Of a stretch of 64,000 nt of DNA, positions 49,340-61,245 are shown one piece after another. Source of the stretch: Utricularia gibba. Lineage: Eukaryota; Plantae; Magnoliophyta. The stretch's first letter is position 1. Each line of letters opens with the position of its first letter. The stretch is from positions 1,860,001 to 1,924,000 of the forward strand of contig NEEC01000016.1 of NCBI GenBank assembly GCA_002189035.1, written 5' to 3'. The translations under genes and the position numbers were made by a program. The notes under the pieces are model-generated. The model worked only from the letters and a program-made list of their open reading frames with translations. It did not search any database and was not told where the DNA came from.

Positions 49340-49556
49340 CAATTATATCGACTGAATATTCTAGAAGGAAAATGTGTAATTAATATTATTATTTAACTGC
49401 TTCGGGTGTACAATTTAAAATACGCAGAGTTATTTGCTTTGGGTGGGCGGAGGCTTCTGACGGCGCGAATTGGTTCCGATTTGTTATGTGAAGAAGGGAA
49501 CCGCCTATGGCACTCTATGTTGTGAAATCGGTTATCTGATTCACTCTTATAGGACG

Positions 49557-52500
49557 ATGGTGGTGCTTGGCCCCTCCTCGTCTTCACCGGCGTCGCGGCA
49601 GGACGTAACAGCCGATCTTCCGCTTCAATTGATCAAGTCCCAGATAATTGCTCCCGCGCCATCACGGTCGCCATGCGGATTGGAGCCTATCGCCGATTTT
49701 TTGCTGGAATTCGCTGGATACTCGTGGATCGCTTACGGTGCATCGTCTCTTGTAGTTATCTCCCACTTTCCGAACCCTTCGAAAGAGGCTGAAACAAAGA
49801 TAGGCCCGATATTTCGTCAAGCTATTGGTTTTGATGGGGATCCTGACGTTGGCGTGTCATCTGTCTCGTGGTCGCCTGCCGCGCCTTCGGTTGGTGAGCT
49901 TGCGGTGGCATCCGGGGGTTCCATTTTTTTGTTGAGTTGTACGCTAGACGAAGCTTCCAGCGGTATGTTAATTGCTTTTTTGAAGCTCTCTCTCTTTTTT
50001 GTTATGCAATTGTGTGATGTTGGGTGGAAGGCCAACTTCTTGCAATCGCGTTTCAGGGAAATTATTTTTGGGAAAAAAAGGGCAATTAAATGTGTTCTCA
50101 ACGGCGATCCCAGTGGATCATGGCCGCATACATTAACGGAAAGTGTGAGAGGGAAAAAAATAAAATAAAGGGAACAGTTTTTGTTCACATCAATATTTAA
50201 TTTTTAGCTTGTGACTGCACTAGTTGGGTATCCTGGTTGATCAACAAGTCGAAATGCTGTAAGTTCAAATTTAGGAAGTTGGGATCCTGAAATGGGATAT
50301 TGCACGCTCTGTCTTGGCCATTTTTACTGTAGTTTTCGCTTGAGCTTACTTCTGGTCTCCATTGGTCAAGATCCTGATATGATATTAACTGCTATTTTTT
50401 TATGGTTAAACCTCAGTCTTCCTCCCGACATTTCACAAGCGTATTTGAAATTTAAGTGCACTCCTGTGGACTCAGAAAATCTAGTACGATAGTAATGATG
50501 TCTATTTACAGATAACACACTTCTGGCCCCCCTATTTCTTTTTTTGAGAAGCATTTCAGGCATAATCATCTTTTTACTTACGAATAACATACCATTACCC
50601 TATGAAGACATGCCTGTAGTCACTCTCGCTCACTCTATACTGTAAAGAATACTTGTCTTATTCGTTCTGTCATATGTGAACAATTATTTTATTTACTGAG
50701 ATTCAGGTTCTTTTTATTGGGCCCAGATTGCCATGTTTGTGCAATCCACAAAGGTTGAGGCGCTCAAATGGACTGGTTCAGCGGATGGCATTATTTCAGT
50801 AGGTGATGAAGTGGTGTTGTGGAGGAGAGGGGAACCCTGGGGAAAGGTCTGGTCTTTCAAACCAGATGTGCCTCAAGCTCTTGTATCCTCTTGTTGGTCT
50901 GCCAATGAGCTTTTAGCAACTGCCCCATTGAAGAATGAATTGCCTCCTTGCTATAAGGGAAGAGATTGTGCCCTAATTTTTCAAGGAAGTACTGCCCCTG
51001 AATATCCACTAGCAGAGTTACAGCATCCAATGCCTGTTACAATGATCCAATTTAGGCCATCTAGCGGAAGACTTTCATTTAAACATGAAAGCCATGCACC
51101 GAGACCAATCTTGTTAACATGCTGTGTTGATGGAGCTGCAAGGCTATGGGGGGAAATTGATGATGGAAATCGAAAAGCTGAAAAAGATCATGCTGATTAT
51201 AAATCAAAAAAATTATCATTTTGTGTTATTGCTCAATTTGAGGTGAACCAAGCCTTGAATGGTTTTTTGGGGTCTAATGTATTTATAAGTTGGGCAACAG
51301 ATGTTGAAGGAGTGGTGCGCGATGTGGGGAAAGATTGCGTATGCTCATTCTTATACCATTCTTCTCAAGATACTGCTGGGATGTGTGAGTGGGTGCTTGC
51401 TCTGAGTCCTACAGGAGCAGTTACACTATGGGCTATTCACTCCCTTGATGATTCTGCTCCATCTAGAATTCCAAGGGTTACATTATGGAAGAGACTAAGT
51501 TGTGACAGTTTTCAAAAGGAGGCAAGCTCTTTTTTTCTTATCAAGGCTATGATAATGAGGAATCGAGTTTCAGGGCCACCACTTTCTTGTGATCTTGTGC
51601 AATTCTCGTCATGTCATATGTTTGCATGGTCGCACTTTTATTCTCAAGCTTCAAGTAGTTTAGATCAGAACCCTACCAATGAATATCCTTCAGAAAGTAC
51701 GTTATCACCAAGTGCTTTAGGAGTATTAGATGTTATGGGCCACACTGGGAAAATTCTTCAAGTAGCAATTCATCCTTTTATAAATGTTGACCTTGCTGCT
51801 TCCCTAGATGACAACGGGACTATTATTTTGTGGTCTTTTTCAAGGTTTTTTAGTAGTTGTGTAGGATTGCCTGCATTGACACCCTTTTGGAAACCCTGTG
51901 GAAAAACTTTTAGTGATCATTCTCTCAAGTACAAGTGTTTGAATTGGGCTCCTGTAGTGCTTGACAAAGAGCGATTTCTTCTTATTGGGCATGAAACAGG
52001 TGTTGACTGCCTCTTATTTGAGTCTGTGATAGATGAAGATGGAAAGTTTGACGTTCATAATTTGTTTTCTATTCCATGTAGAATTGAAGGTCATGGGAAA
52101 GGGCTATCTAAGTTATGCTGTATTCCGCTGCCTGGGACCTGCCATGGAAATTTCTTTTCAAATAAATTTTTACTTGTTGCCATATGGATGGATGAATTTC
52201 TAGCTTTATCATGGGAAGTCACTATTCACCGTTTTGGATTGGAAGGCAGTAGTTGCAGTGGACACATGAAAGAATACGTTTGCAAATTTCCTGGGAAGAC
52301 GTACTCCATTGCAGTCCATCCATGCTCTTCAAGCTTCCCTGTTCCTCACAACCATGACAAGATTATGAGTTGTGATGTGGTGTGCCCTAGTGATTTAATC
52401 TTTTCAGAAGATCAAAGGCTGAATTTCTCTGAGAAGCAGGACAGTCGCTGCCATCCTTATCATATGACAACTGGGTGTATTGGTGGAAAAATAAAGCTAT

Positions 52501-55500
52501 GGAGAAGCATTCCAACTCCATCAGTGAGCTCAAATACAAATTGGCTTCTAGTTGGCATGCTTTCATCTGACCATGGTCCTATAGTGGGTATATCGCCTAG
52601 CCCCTTTTGTGAAAAGATAGCTTCTGTATCTGTAAGAAGCCATTCCACTTCTTCTACGAGTGTCTGTATATGGGACTGCATACCTGTCCAGAGCGTAGGA
52701 GGTTTCATGCAAGAGGAGAAACTGTGCTTCGATGGGGAAGCTGTTTCAACTAAGTGGTTGAAGTTAGGCAATGGCCAATTACTTCTTGGGATTTGTATGC
52801 GAAATGAGTTTCATGTCTACATTTCTCGAAGGCTTCGTGGTCTAGGGGTGTTGAAATCTGAAAAGCCTCCTAATGAACATTCTTGGGTTTGCATTTCTGT
52901 TAATAATGCACTACCTCCCATTTCTGATTTTCTTTGGGGTCCTAAGGGCTCGCTCATTACTCTACATGCTGGATTTTTAAGTGTTTTCAGTCACTTCATG
53001 TTATCAGCTGACAGTGACGTCTTCAACAAGCAAATGCTTGCTCCTGTGTTTGTCAATTATAGAAAATTACCAATGTACGTGATAGAAGGCCAATGCCAAT
53101 CAACCCCCTCTTTGAAGTCAAATTCTAAGGGTGATCTGAAGTCAGTTATCAATGCTGAAGGTTTAGCATGGAGCTCTAATGTAGTTACCAGGATTAGTTT
53201 TTGGAGCTTGTCACAGATTTCTGAAAAGGTTGCTGGGTGTCTGCCTCTTTTCCACCCAGTGCCGCTCCTGCTCAATATGTGTTCAGGTAAAGTATTCTAC
53301 TCCTCGGACTTTGAAGTAATGGCATGTTGATAGTCAACAATACATTGAAATGTTCAGTAATCTAGGAAGATTGTACACTCGATCCTAGAGTGGACAAATT
53401 CAAGACATTTCTTAGGCCATAGCCACCCTCACTTTCAGAGAAAGAGCATAGCCTTTTTATTAGCGTTTTTTCTGTGTTGTTTCCATGTTAAACTTGGCTT
53501 TTATTATTTTCTGCTCTTAGTTATAATGCGAAAAGCGAGAAAATGATCCTAGGTTGTGGTGTGCAGGTAACTGGAAACGTTCATTGATAGCTTTGCGGCA
53601 TCTTGTGGAGAAACTTTTCCATTCTGATAAAAATAAGAGAGGACATTCTTCTACTAATATCCTTACTCCAGTTTCCTTGCAAAATTATCTTGAAGGGATA
53701 GTCTCGGTTGATTCAAGTCATAAAATGCATCTATCAAGTAGTGAACTTGCTTTGTCATTATTCACCCTGTTGTAGGGGCTGAAGTCCCTGGTGCTCCCCA
53801 TGCTTCGTCTTTGTCAAGGTCCGAGTTTGATGATTTCCGAGCGGCTTTTGACCGTCTTTATGACAATAATCACATTGACGAGGTGGATAAAATTGAAGCC
53901 GTTGCCATAATTAGTATTTTGGAAGAGGTTTCTAATCCCCATTCCTCTTCTGCTTATGGAAGTCTTGATGAGTTTGGTAAAAGGTAGTTTTAGTTGCGTA
54001 CTTTTGCTAATTATTCTGATGTATTGGCAGTATCTTAATGCCATACATTGTCTCATGTTTCTTCTGAGATACCGTAATTAATTTTTCACTGCAATATCTT
54101 CTTCTTTTGAAGATTTTGGATTGCCGTGAGGTTTCAGAAACTGTGCCTTGTCCACAAAACCAACCAGTTGTCGCAGTCCAAAAAATTAGCCATTTCTTCT
54201 TTCCTGATTTGCTGGGCCTTCCATTCAGATTGTCATGAAGTTTTGTTTAATTCTTTACTACCTAAGGAGCCATCCTGGGAAGAAATGCGCAACTTTGGTG
54301 TTGGGTTCTGGTGCACGAATGTAGCAGAGTTACGGGTTAAGGTATTGCACTAGTTGCCTAACTCTTCTTACCAATTATTTGCCATGATTTGGAAGTTTAT
54401 CTTTATCGAAAGAATATGCTCATCCATTTAACTACCAACGCGCACATCATCAAAAAAGATATGTTAAAGTTGTGATTCTGAATGATCTAAACAATTAACT
54501 TGGAAAATGGAATTTGCATGATAAATGAATAATTTCTTATATGGATTTAAGTTTTACATATGAACTAAAAGTGAAGTTTGTCTGTTTAATCCACAACATA
54601 AATGCCAGATGTGAGTGGTTTTGTGTTTTCAGAACAGTATTGGATGTTATTCACACTACAATTATGGAACAGACTTTTGATCTCTAGTTTACTTTCCACT
54701 TTTCCCAGTTCGTTCATGGAATATATCTCTACTCATTGGGTGACTGTTTCTTATTCGGATCAGTTATTTCTTCAACAATGTATTTACTGCAGATAGAGGG
54801 ATTGGCTAGGCAAAAGTATATTAAAAGGAAAGATCCTAAAGACTGTGCTCTCCTTTACATCGCGTTGAACAGGGTTCAAGTTCTGGCTGGGCTGTTCAGG
54901 ATAAGCAAAGATGACAAGGATAAAGTATTGGCAGGTTTTCTTTCCAGAAACTTTCAGGTATACCAAGTCATTTATGAGTTATCTTCCATATTCATCCAAA
55001 GTATGTAAGAGCTGCACAAATTCAATTTTCACTATTTCACTGATATAATTATTTTTTCTATTGTCACTTGTTATAAAACCGTGCTTAGTAACTAAGTTTT
55101 TTATTTCACTTTAGAATTTGGCGCTCTTTTCTAGTTTCCATATACTGGTTGATCATCATCTGAACTACAAAAAGGCACTGTTTTTTTTTTTTCAATTTTG
55201 TTGCTCTGAAGAATCTATTTGTATCAACAGGATGAAAAAAATAGGGCAGCAGCCCTTAAAAATGCGTATGTACTCATGGGAAAACATCAACTGGAGCTTG
55301 CAGTAGCATTCTTTTTACTTGGAGGGGATACTTCTTCAGCAGTAATGGTTTGTGCAAAGAATCTTGAAGATGAGCAACTTGCCCTTGTGATTTGTCGACT
55401 TGTTGAGGGATATGGTGGATCTTTGGAATGCAATCTAATTTCTAAGTTTCTCCTCCCTTCTGCATTGTCAAAAGGTGACTTATGGATGGCAAGTCTTCTG

Positions 55501-58500
55501 GAGGTAAGCAGTTATAAACTGTTTTGGACTGAGGATCATTGTATGCCCCTCTTGTTTTTTTTTCTGAAGTTTTTGTAACGTTATGGATAATTCAATTTGG
55601 AATTTTCTGCAGTGGGTTTTGGGTAACTACTTCCAATCCATATTAAGAGTGCTTGGTGTTGAAATGACTTCTGAAGTTAATGTTTTGGAGCGGTCATTCT
55701 TTCCGTCTTTTCTGGATCCAGTCATCGGACAGTACTGCTTAATGCTGGCTCTGAAGCCATGCGTGAAGAATGCCATTGGAGAATTCAAAGCCACTATTTT
55801 CTGTAGGCTTATGACTTCATTGAATGCTTCATCGCTGGCTAAATGTGGTTTACCAGTATGTTTTGTATTTTCATTTACTGATTTGATAGTTTTTTCTTCT
55901 CCATTCTGAAGATTATCTGGTGAAAATTTGTGAGAAATGGCCAAACGGCATGTGAATGGACATGTTTAAATAAAATTGTTCCTGCTTATACCCCCAATTA
56001 TACTTTCAGTAATTGAATTGTAGGTGGTGTGGAAGTGTATTTGCCTTTTTGCATTTGCTCTGAACACTATTGGCACCATCTGGTTTTAGATACAATATGG
56101 TTTAATGATATTTGAGCCATTGCATCTAATGCCTTAACGGTTATCAGGAAACATGGTTCATGTTAGCGTGCCTGTGTTCATTTACTTCTTATGATATATG
56201 CTGACTTGGTTTTTAAGAAGTAATGTGTACTTTTTCCCAGCTTGAGGCATTGGAGTGCCTTATGCACTCATTTAGCCTTGGAATTTCTGCAAATGAAGTA
56301 ATGGTGACAAAAAGTTTGGAAAATTGCTATCTGGTGGAAGCAGCTGATGCTGTTACAGGAAACGGTTCAGAAAATTGGATATCCATGGAGCTGTGTTCAG
56401 ATATTATATTTAACAGGAAACTATCCCTTTCCATTCAGTATATTACCCACTTGCTGAGAATGCATCCTAGCTTCGCAGGTGCCAATTTCTCTATTTTAGA
56501 AGGTTTTAGAGACCTTGATTTTTGCAGTCAGCAATATGAGAAATCACTTCAAGAATTTCAAGTAAAATTTACAGCAGAGGTCAAATATGTCCAGAAAAAA
56601 TTTGGTTTGCTTCCTTACCGCGTTAAAGAAATGGTAATCAATGAGATGGTGGAAGCTTACTTCATTTTTCTCCTTTTATGTCACGTTATTTCCAATTTCG
56701 TGTGCAGGTAATCTTGCATTCATACCAGAATGGTCTAGAATTTATTGGACACTACATTTTGCGGGAGTTGTTAGCAAATGGCACTTCCAAAGAAAACAGC
56801 AATGGGCATGCTAATTTGTTTTTGTGTCCCACCAACCTCCTACATAAAGCCACTGAAGAATTCTCTTCTTTACTGGCTGCATATGTTTCAGTATCTTGTA
56901 TGAGCAACTCTAGATCGAGATATGTAGCTATTGATTGCATAGCCAATGAAGGAACGCCGTCCTGGGTAGCTGCTTGGGCCTTTTCCAATCAGGGAATAGC
57001 TGGTGCTCTTTCGTATATGAAAGCCATGATGCAGTTGTTTTTCCATTCCTACCCAAAAGAGACGTCTAAGTTTTTCAGTGGACTCGATCTCTGTCTGAGC
57101 CAGATGCTTTTTGTTTCAGCATGGCATCTGAAGAATTTTAAAGCTCTTCTACTAATAATTAGTCCTATTCTGGTGGCATTTATGCAACGAAGTCTGGATG
57201 AGATCCAGATGAAGGATCTGCTTGATATTCATTCACAAGTTATTGCATTACTCACTCAAAATTCGCTGGATGGTGGATTAGGAATTCAAGTTCCTTTCAA
57301 TAGCCAACAGCAGGAACAAAGTGCAGTTGCTCCGAATGGTGTGATATGGCCCGTGACTCACTCCTCTTTTTGGGCACATATGTCAGATCTTTTGACAAAC
57401 CATATTGGTAGATTTTCTGGAGAAAATGATAATAGTAGGTCTTCTTCATTTCTTCCTTCATCAGAGAATGACAACAATGAAATGCAGGCACTCTTGGGCT
57501 CGGTATCAAAATGTTTTTTTGATTTTATAAAGATGAACTGTGCCAATATTTCCTTGTATTGCTCGAAGCTCTTTTCAGTATACCTCCTTCATGCAGTAAA
57601 TACTTCCGATAGAACTATCCTGTACCTTTTGCAAGATTTCCTGAGTCACCCTGATGCTGCGGCAAATCATAAGATAGGCAAATCTATAATGTGGGACCGT
57701 GCTGACAAACTTTTCAGTTGTCAGCTCCTATGGAATATTTTTTCTGATCCAAAAATGATTCACAGAGCTGTTCTGCAGGAATATCGCATTTGGCTACCCT
57801 TATTAAAACTGAAATTATCTACTCAATGGAATGATTTTTATTTAAACATCAGCAAACAGTTTGAATCTGATCGGAATTGGGATGAACAAGATAAGCCACG
57901 CAGTCCTGGTTATGCTGGGGGATCGCCAGTAGCATGTTTAACGCCTGATGATCATCCATTCAAAAATTCCAGTTGCAATGACTCATTTGATGTAAAGAAG
58001 GTTTTGCCTTTCCAAAGCCCTAATGAAATACATAGGAGAAATGGAGAACTCATAGAGGTAGTACTTTAATTTGTATTATTATGACTATTTCTTGCTCATG
58101 TTGATTTTCGTATTTTGATTAGGCTTTGTGCATCAACTCAATTGATCAACATCAAGCGGTTTTTTCAAGCAATAGAAAGGTCAGAGTAACTTTTCATTCT
58201 AGATCTTTTTAAGGGCTCTATGCATGATTTTCTTATTTACTGAACTGATATTAATTCTTGCTACTGGATCACTTCCATTTATAAGAATCCTTTGGAGCAC
58301 TGGGTTCTTTCATGTTAGGCCTAATGTCTCGTCTTCACATTTCAAACACCTAAAATGCGTTTCTGCCACCAGTTTATCTAGCTTTTTTTTTTCTTTTGAT
58401 CTTGCTAAAAGTTTTTTGATTTTCAGGGTATAGTATTTTTCAACTGGGATGATGGAATCGTCCATGCAGATAAATCTCAGTATGTCTGGGGGAGGCAGAG

Positions 58501-60511
58501 CTTCCTTACCACAGGTGTTCAGCCTCTGAAACTCCAACAGTATCTACACATGTTTCTCCTGGCGGGTTGAGTAGAACTGCAATTGGTACTGGGTTTCGTT
58601 CAAGACCAGGCACGTATTTAACAGGTGGTGGAGCGTTTGGTATTCCTGGTTATGCTGGTGTCGGGGCATCCCACCTTGGCTGGGGGGCCAAGAACAGTTT
58701 CTTGATCCTCAAGCAACAATTGAGAGTGTCCGATCAAGGGCATTTTCATCTCATCCATCTAAGCCACTCTTTTTGGTTGGCTCCAGCGATGCCCATATAT
58801 ACCTGTGGAAGGTACTTTTTGTTCTGACTATTTATCAAGATCATTAGTATTAGCATTGCTTATTCTAACTCGTGGTTATGTGAGAAGTTTCATGGAATGG
58901 TCCTCTGTTTGGTCATCATGTTTGTCTTGTTAAATAATTTCTGTGTGTAGCCACAACTTCATAATTTTGATATGATGACATGAAAAAGGACTCGCATTGT
59001 TTTACCTCTATAAAGTTTTTATCCATCCCATCTATGTTCCAAGTTTCGTCTGCAGAAATTAATGGCAGTTTTTTCATACAGTTTGGCATGGAGAAAGCTA
59101 CTGCCACATATTGCGTACTTCCTGCTGCAAATATGCTTTCAACATATGCCCTTTCCTCAATTTCATCCATAAAATTTGACCACTGTGGAGACAGGTTTGT
59201 TACCGCTGCAATAGATGGAACCATTTGTACATGGAAGCTTGAAGATGGAGATCGGGGTGGTCTTCCTATGAGATCTTCTGTGTGCTTTAGCTACCATTCC
59301 TCGTATGTGATCATCTTTATTCATTTTAACTAGATAAATTTCACGTTGCAGTTTTTTAAATAATCATTATATATACATGTGGAATATCTTGTTGTTAGCA
59401 GCTTCTAGAAACGTTTATTTGTAAGATTCTAGCGGGGCCTTTATTTCTTTCACTTTTTTCTGCTTCCTACGTTGCAGAGTGTGTTTGGAATAAAATGGAA
59501 CTATTGTCATGCATATGCTAAAATTATTGCTCAGTTTTCCAGCCACACTTGGTATAAATATCCCCTATTTTGTCTTAATATCCTACTATCCAGGGACGTC
59601 GCTTATGTTACAACAAGTGGTTCAGTAGTCGCTGCTGCTGGGTACACCTCCAGTGGTCTGAATGTGGTTGTGTGGGATACGGTTGCTCCACGGGCCACAT
59701 CTCAAGCATCAATCATGTGCCATGAAGGTTTGCTGCATTTATGATCCCCCAAGTAATCCTTCAAACTTCATGTATGGGTAGACTGTGATTGCGATTCGAT
59801 TTCAGGTGGAGCGCACTCTCTTGCTGCATTTGATAATGATATCGGTTGTGGTTCAGTCTCGCCTCTTATCTTAACTGGTGGAGAATCTGGTGATGTTGGG
59901 CTTCATGATTTTCGGTACATAGCCAGTGGAAGAACAAAGAAGCAGATGCACCCTGATGTTTCTGAACACAACATGAGCCTTTCAACTTCTAAGACAGGGG
60001 ACCAGAACAGAAATGGGATGCTCTGGTACATCCCAAAGGCTCACTCAGGTACTGACTTTGCAAGGCACAATATAGATAATTATGTCACTAGAAATTTCCT
60101 TCTCACTTTCGACTGTTAATGTAGCGGCTGTGACAAAGATTGCCACCATCCCGAACACCAGTTTGTTCTTGACGGGTAGCAAAGATGGGGACGTAAAGCT
60201 ATGGGATGCGAAGATGGCCAGATTAGTTTATCACTGGCCAAAGTTGCACGAACGGCACATGTTCTTCCAACACAGCTCCCGGGGTTCTAGTGGTTTCTTT
60301 GGTGGAATATTTGGTGGAATCGTCAGGGTACGGCTTGATTCCCATGCATCACTCCCCACCCCTTTTTCTTTTTTGTGCAGCCTAAACTTGTGTGAGTGCT
60401 CATCTTCTACAGGCTGCAGTTACGGACATCCAAGTCACCTCTCACGGTTTCCTCACCTGCGGAGGTGATGGCTTAGTTAAATTTGTCAAGCTCCAAGACT
60501 TGCCACTGTAA
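49557..60511 (+). CDS. DMXL: DmX-like / Rav1 (RAVE complex) large WD40 protein, At2g46560-like; three apparent 1-bp frameshifts in this assembly
   Basis: Start MVVLGPSS..DLPLQLIKSQII..WIAYGASSL. Rav1_C-type KDPKDCALLYIALNRVQVLAGLF, AAALKNAYVLMGKHQLELAVAFFLLGGD. C-terminal WD40s SLFLTGSKDGDVKLWD, HGFLTCGGDGLVKFV. Splice phases fit only if 1 nt is added at 53765, 58488 and 58682. Confidence 0.88.
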
Positions 60512-61245
60512 AAAGTAGCCGATTACTTCCTTGGCCCCTCCTTTCAACTGTTGGGTTCCACAGCTTTTGCAGAGTTGGGATCCGAAGCTTCCTGATGTGG
60601 CTTGCCGACTCCCTCGAAAATCGATTTTGGTCGTGCTTCTTTGAAGATATGCGATGTACTTACTATATCATACATGCTTTTTTGGTCCTGAAGACAAAAC
60701 ACGTCCTTATAATTTGTAATTTAATAATATAATTACAGATTGAAGTTGGTTTTTGGTTGCGGCCCTTTTGGAAAAGAGAGATGAATAAAAACGGAAAGCG
60801 AAAACACAAGGGAGGAACTGACTCATCAACATTTGGTATTGCAAGCGACCAAAAAGATACAGAGGGGCATATGATACGCACAACACTCCCACACCCCTGT
60901 TTGTTTTTCATCGACACCCAAAAAATCGAAAACTTTCGTTACCGCATGACTCCACAGCTCTGAGATCCGACCTCGGATCAACCAACACATGCTCTCCAGA
61001 AAAAAAGACTCTGGCAACCTGCCGGGGAAAGACTCGGGGACATGCTAGAGAGACTGGGCACTAGAAAACATGGATAGGACCCCCATACAGCGCCTTGCAA
61101 ACCCACGGGCTCCACCAGGTTAAGAAGACCCCTAGACAAAATGAAAGATACCAATTAGATAAAAACATCATGGGTTAGGTTGATAATGGTTTCCAAGCAT
61201 AACCCAAAATGCTACGAAATTTGCAACACAACGGTGTGCTTACCC

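Noticed and set aside
53738-53775. 38-nt (or 59-nt from 53717) GT-AG micro-intron rescuing the DMXL frame
   Set aside because: Shorter than any other intron traced here. A missing C in the CCC run explains the frame more simply and matches three other homopolymer defects. Not fully excluded without RNA-seq.
58427-58811. Programmed ribosomal frameshifting or RNA editing at the G runs
   Set aside because: No canonical slippery heptamer with a downstream structure, and nuclear G-insertion editing is unknown in plants; sequencing error is far more parsimonious.
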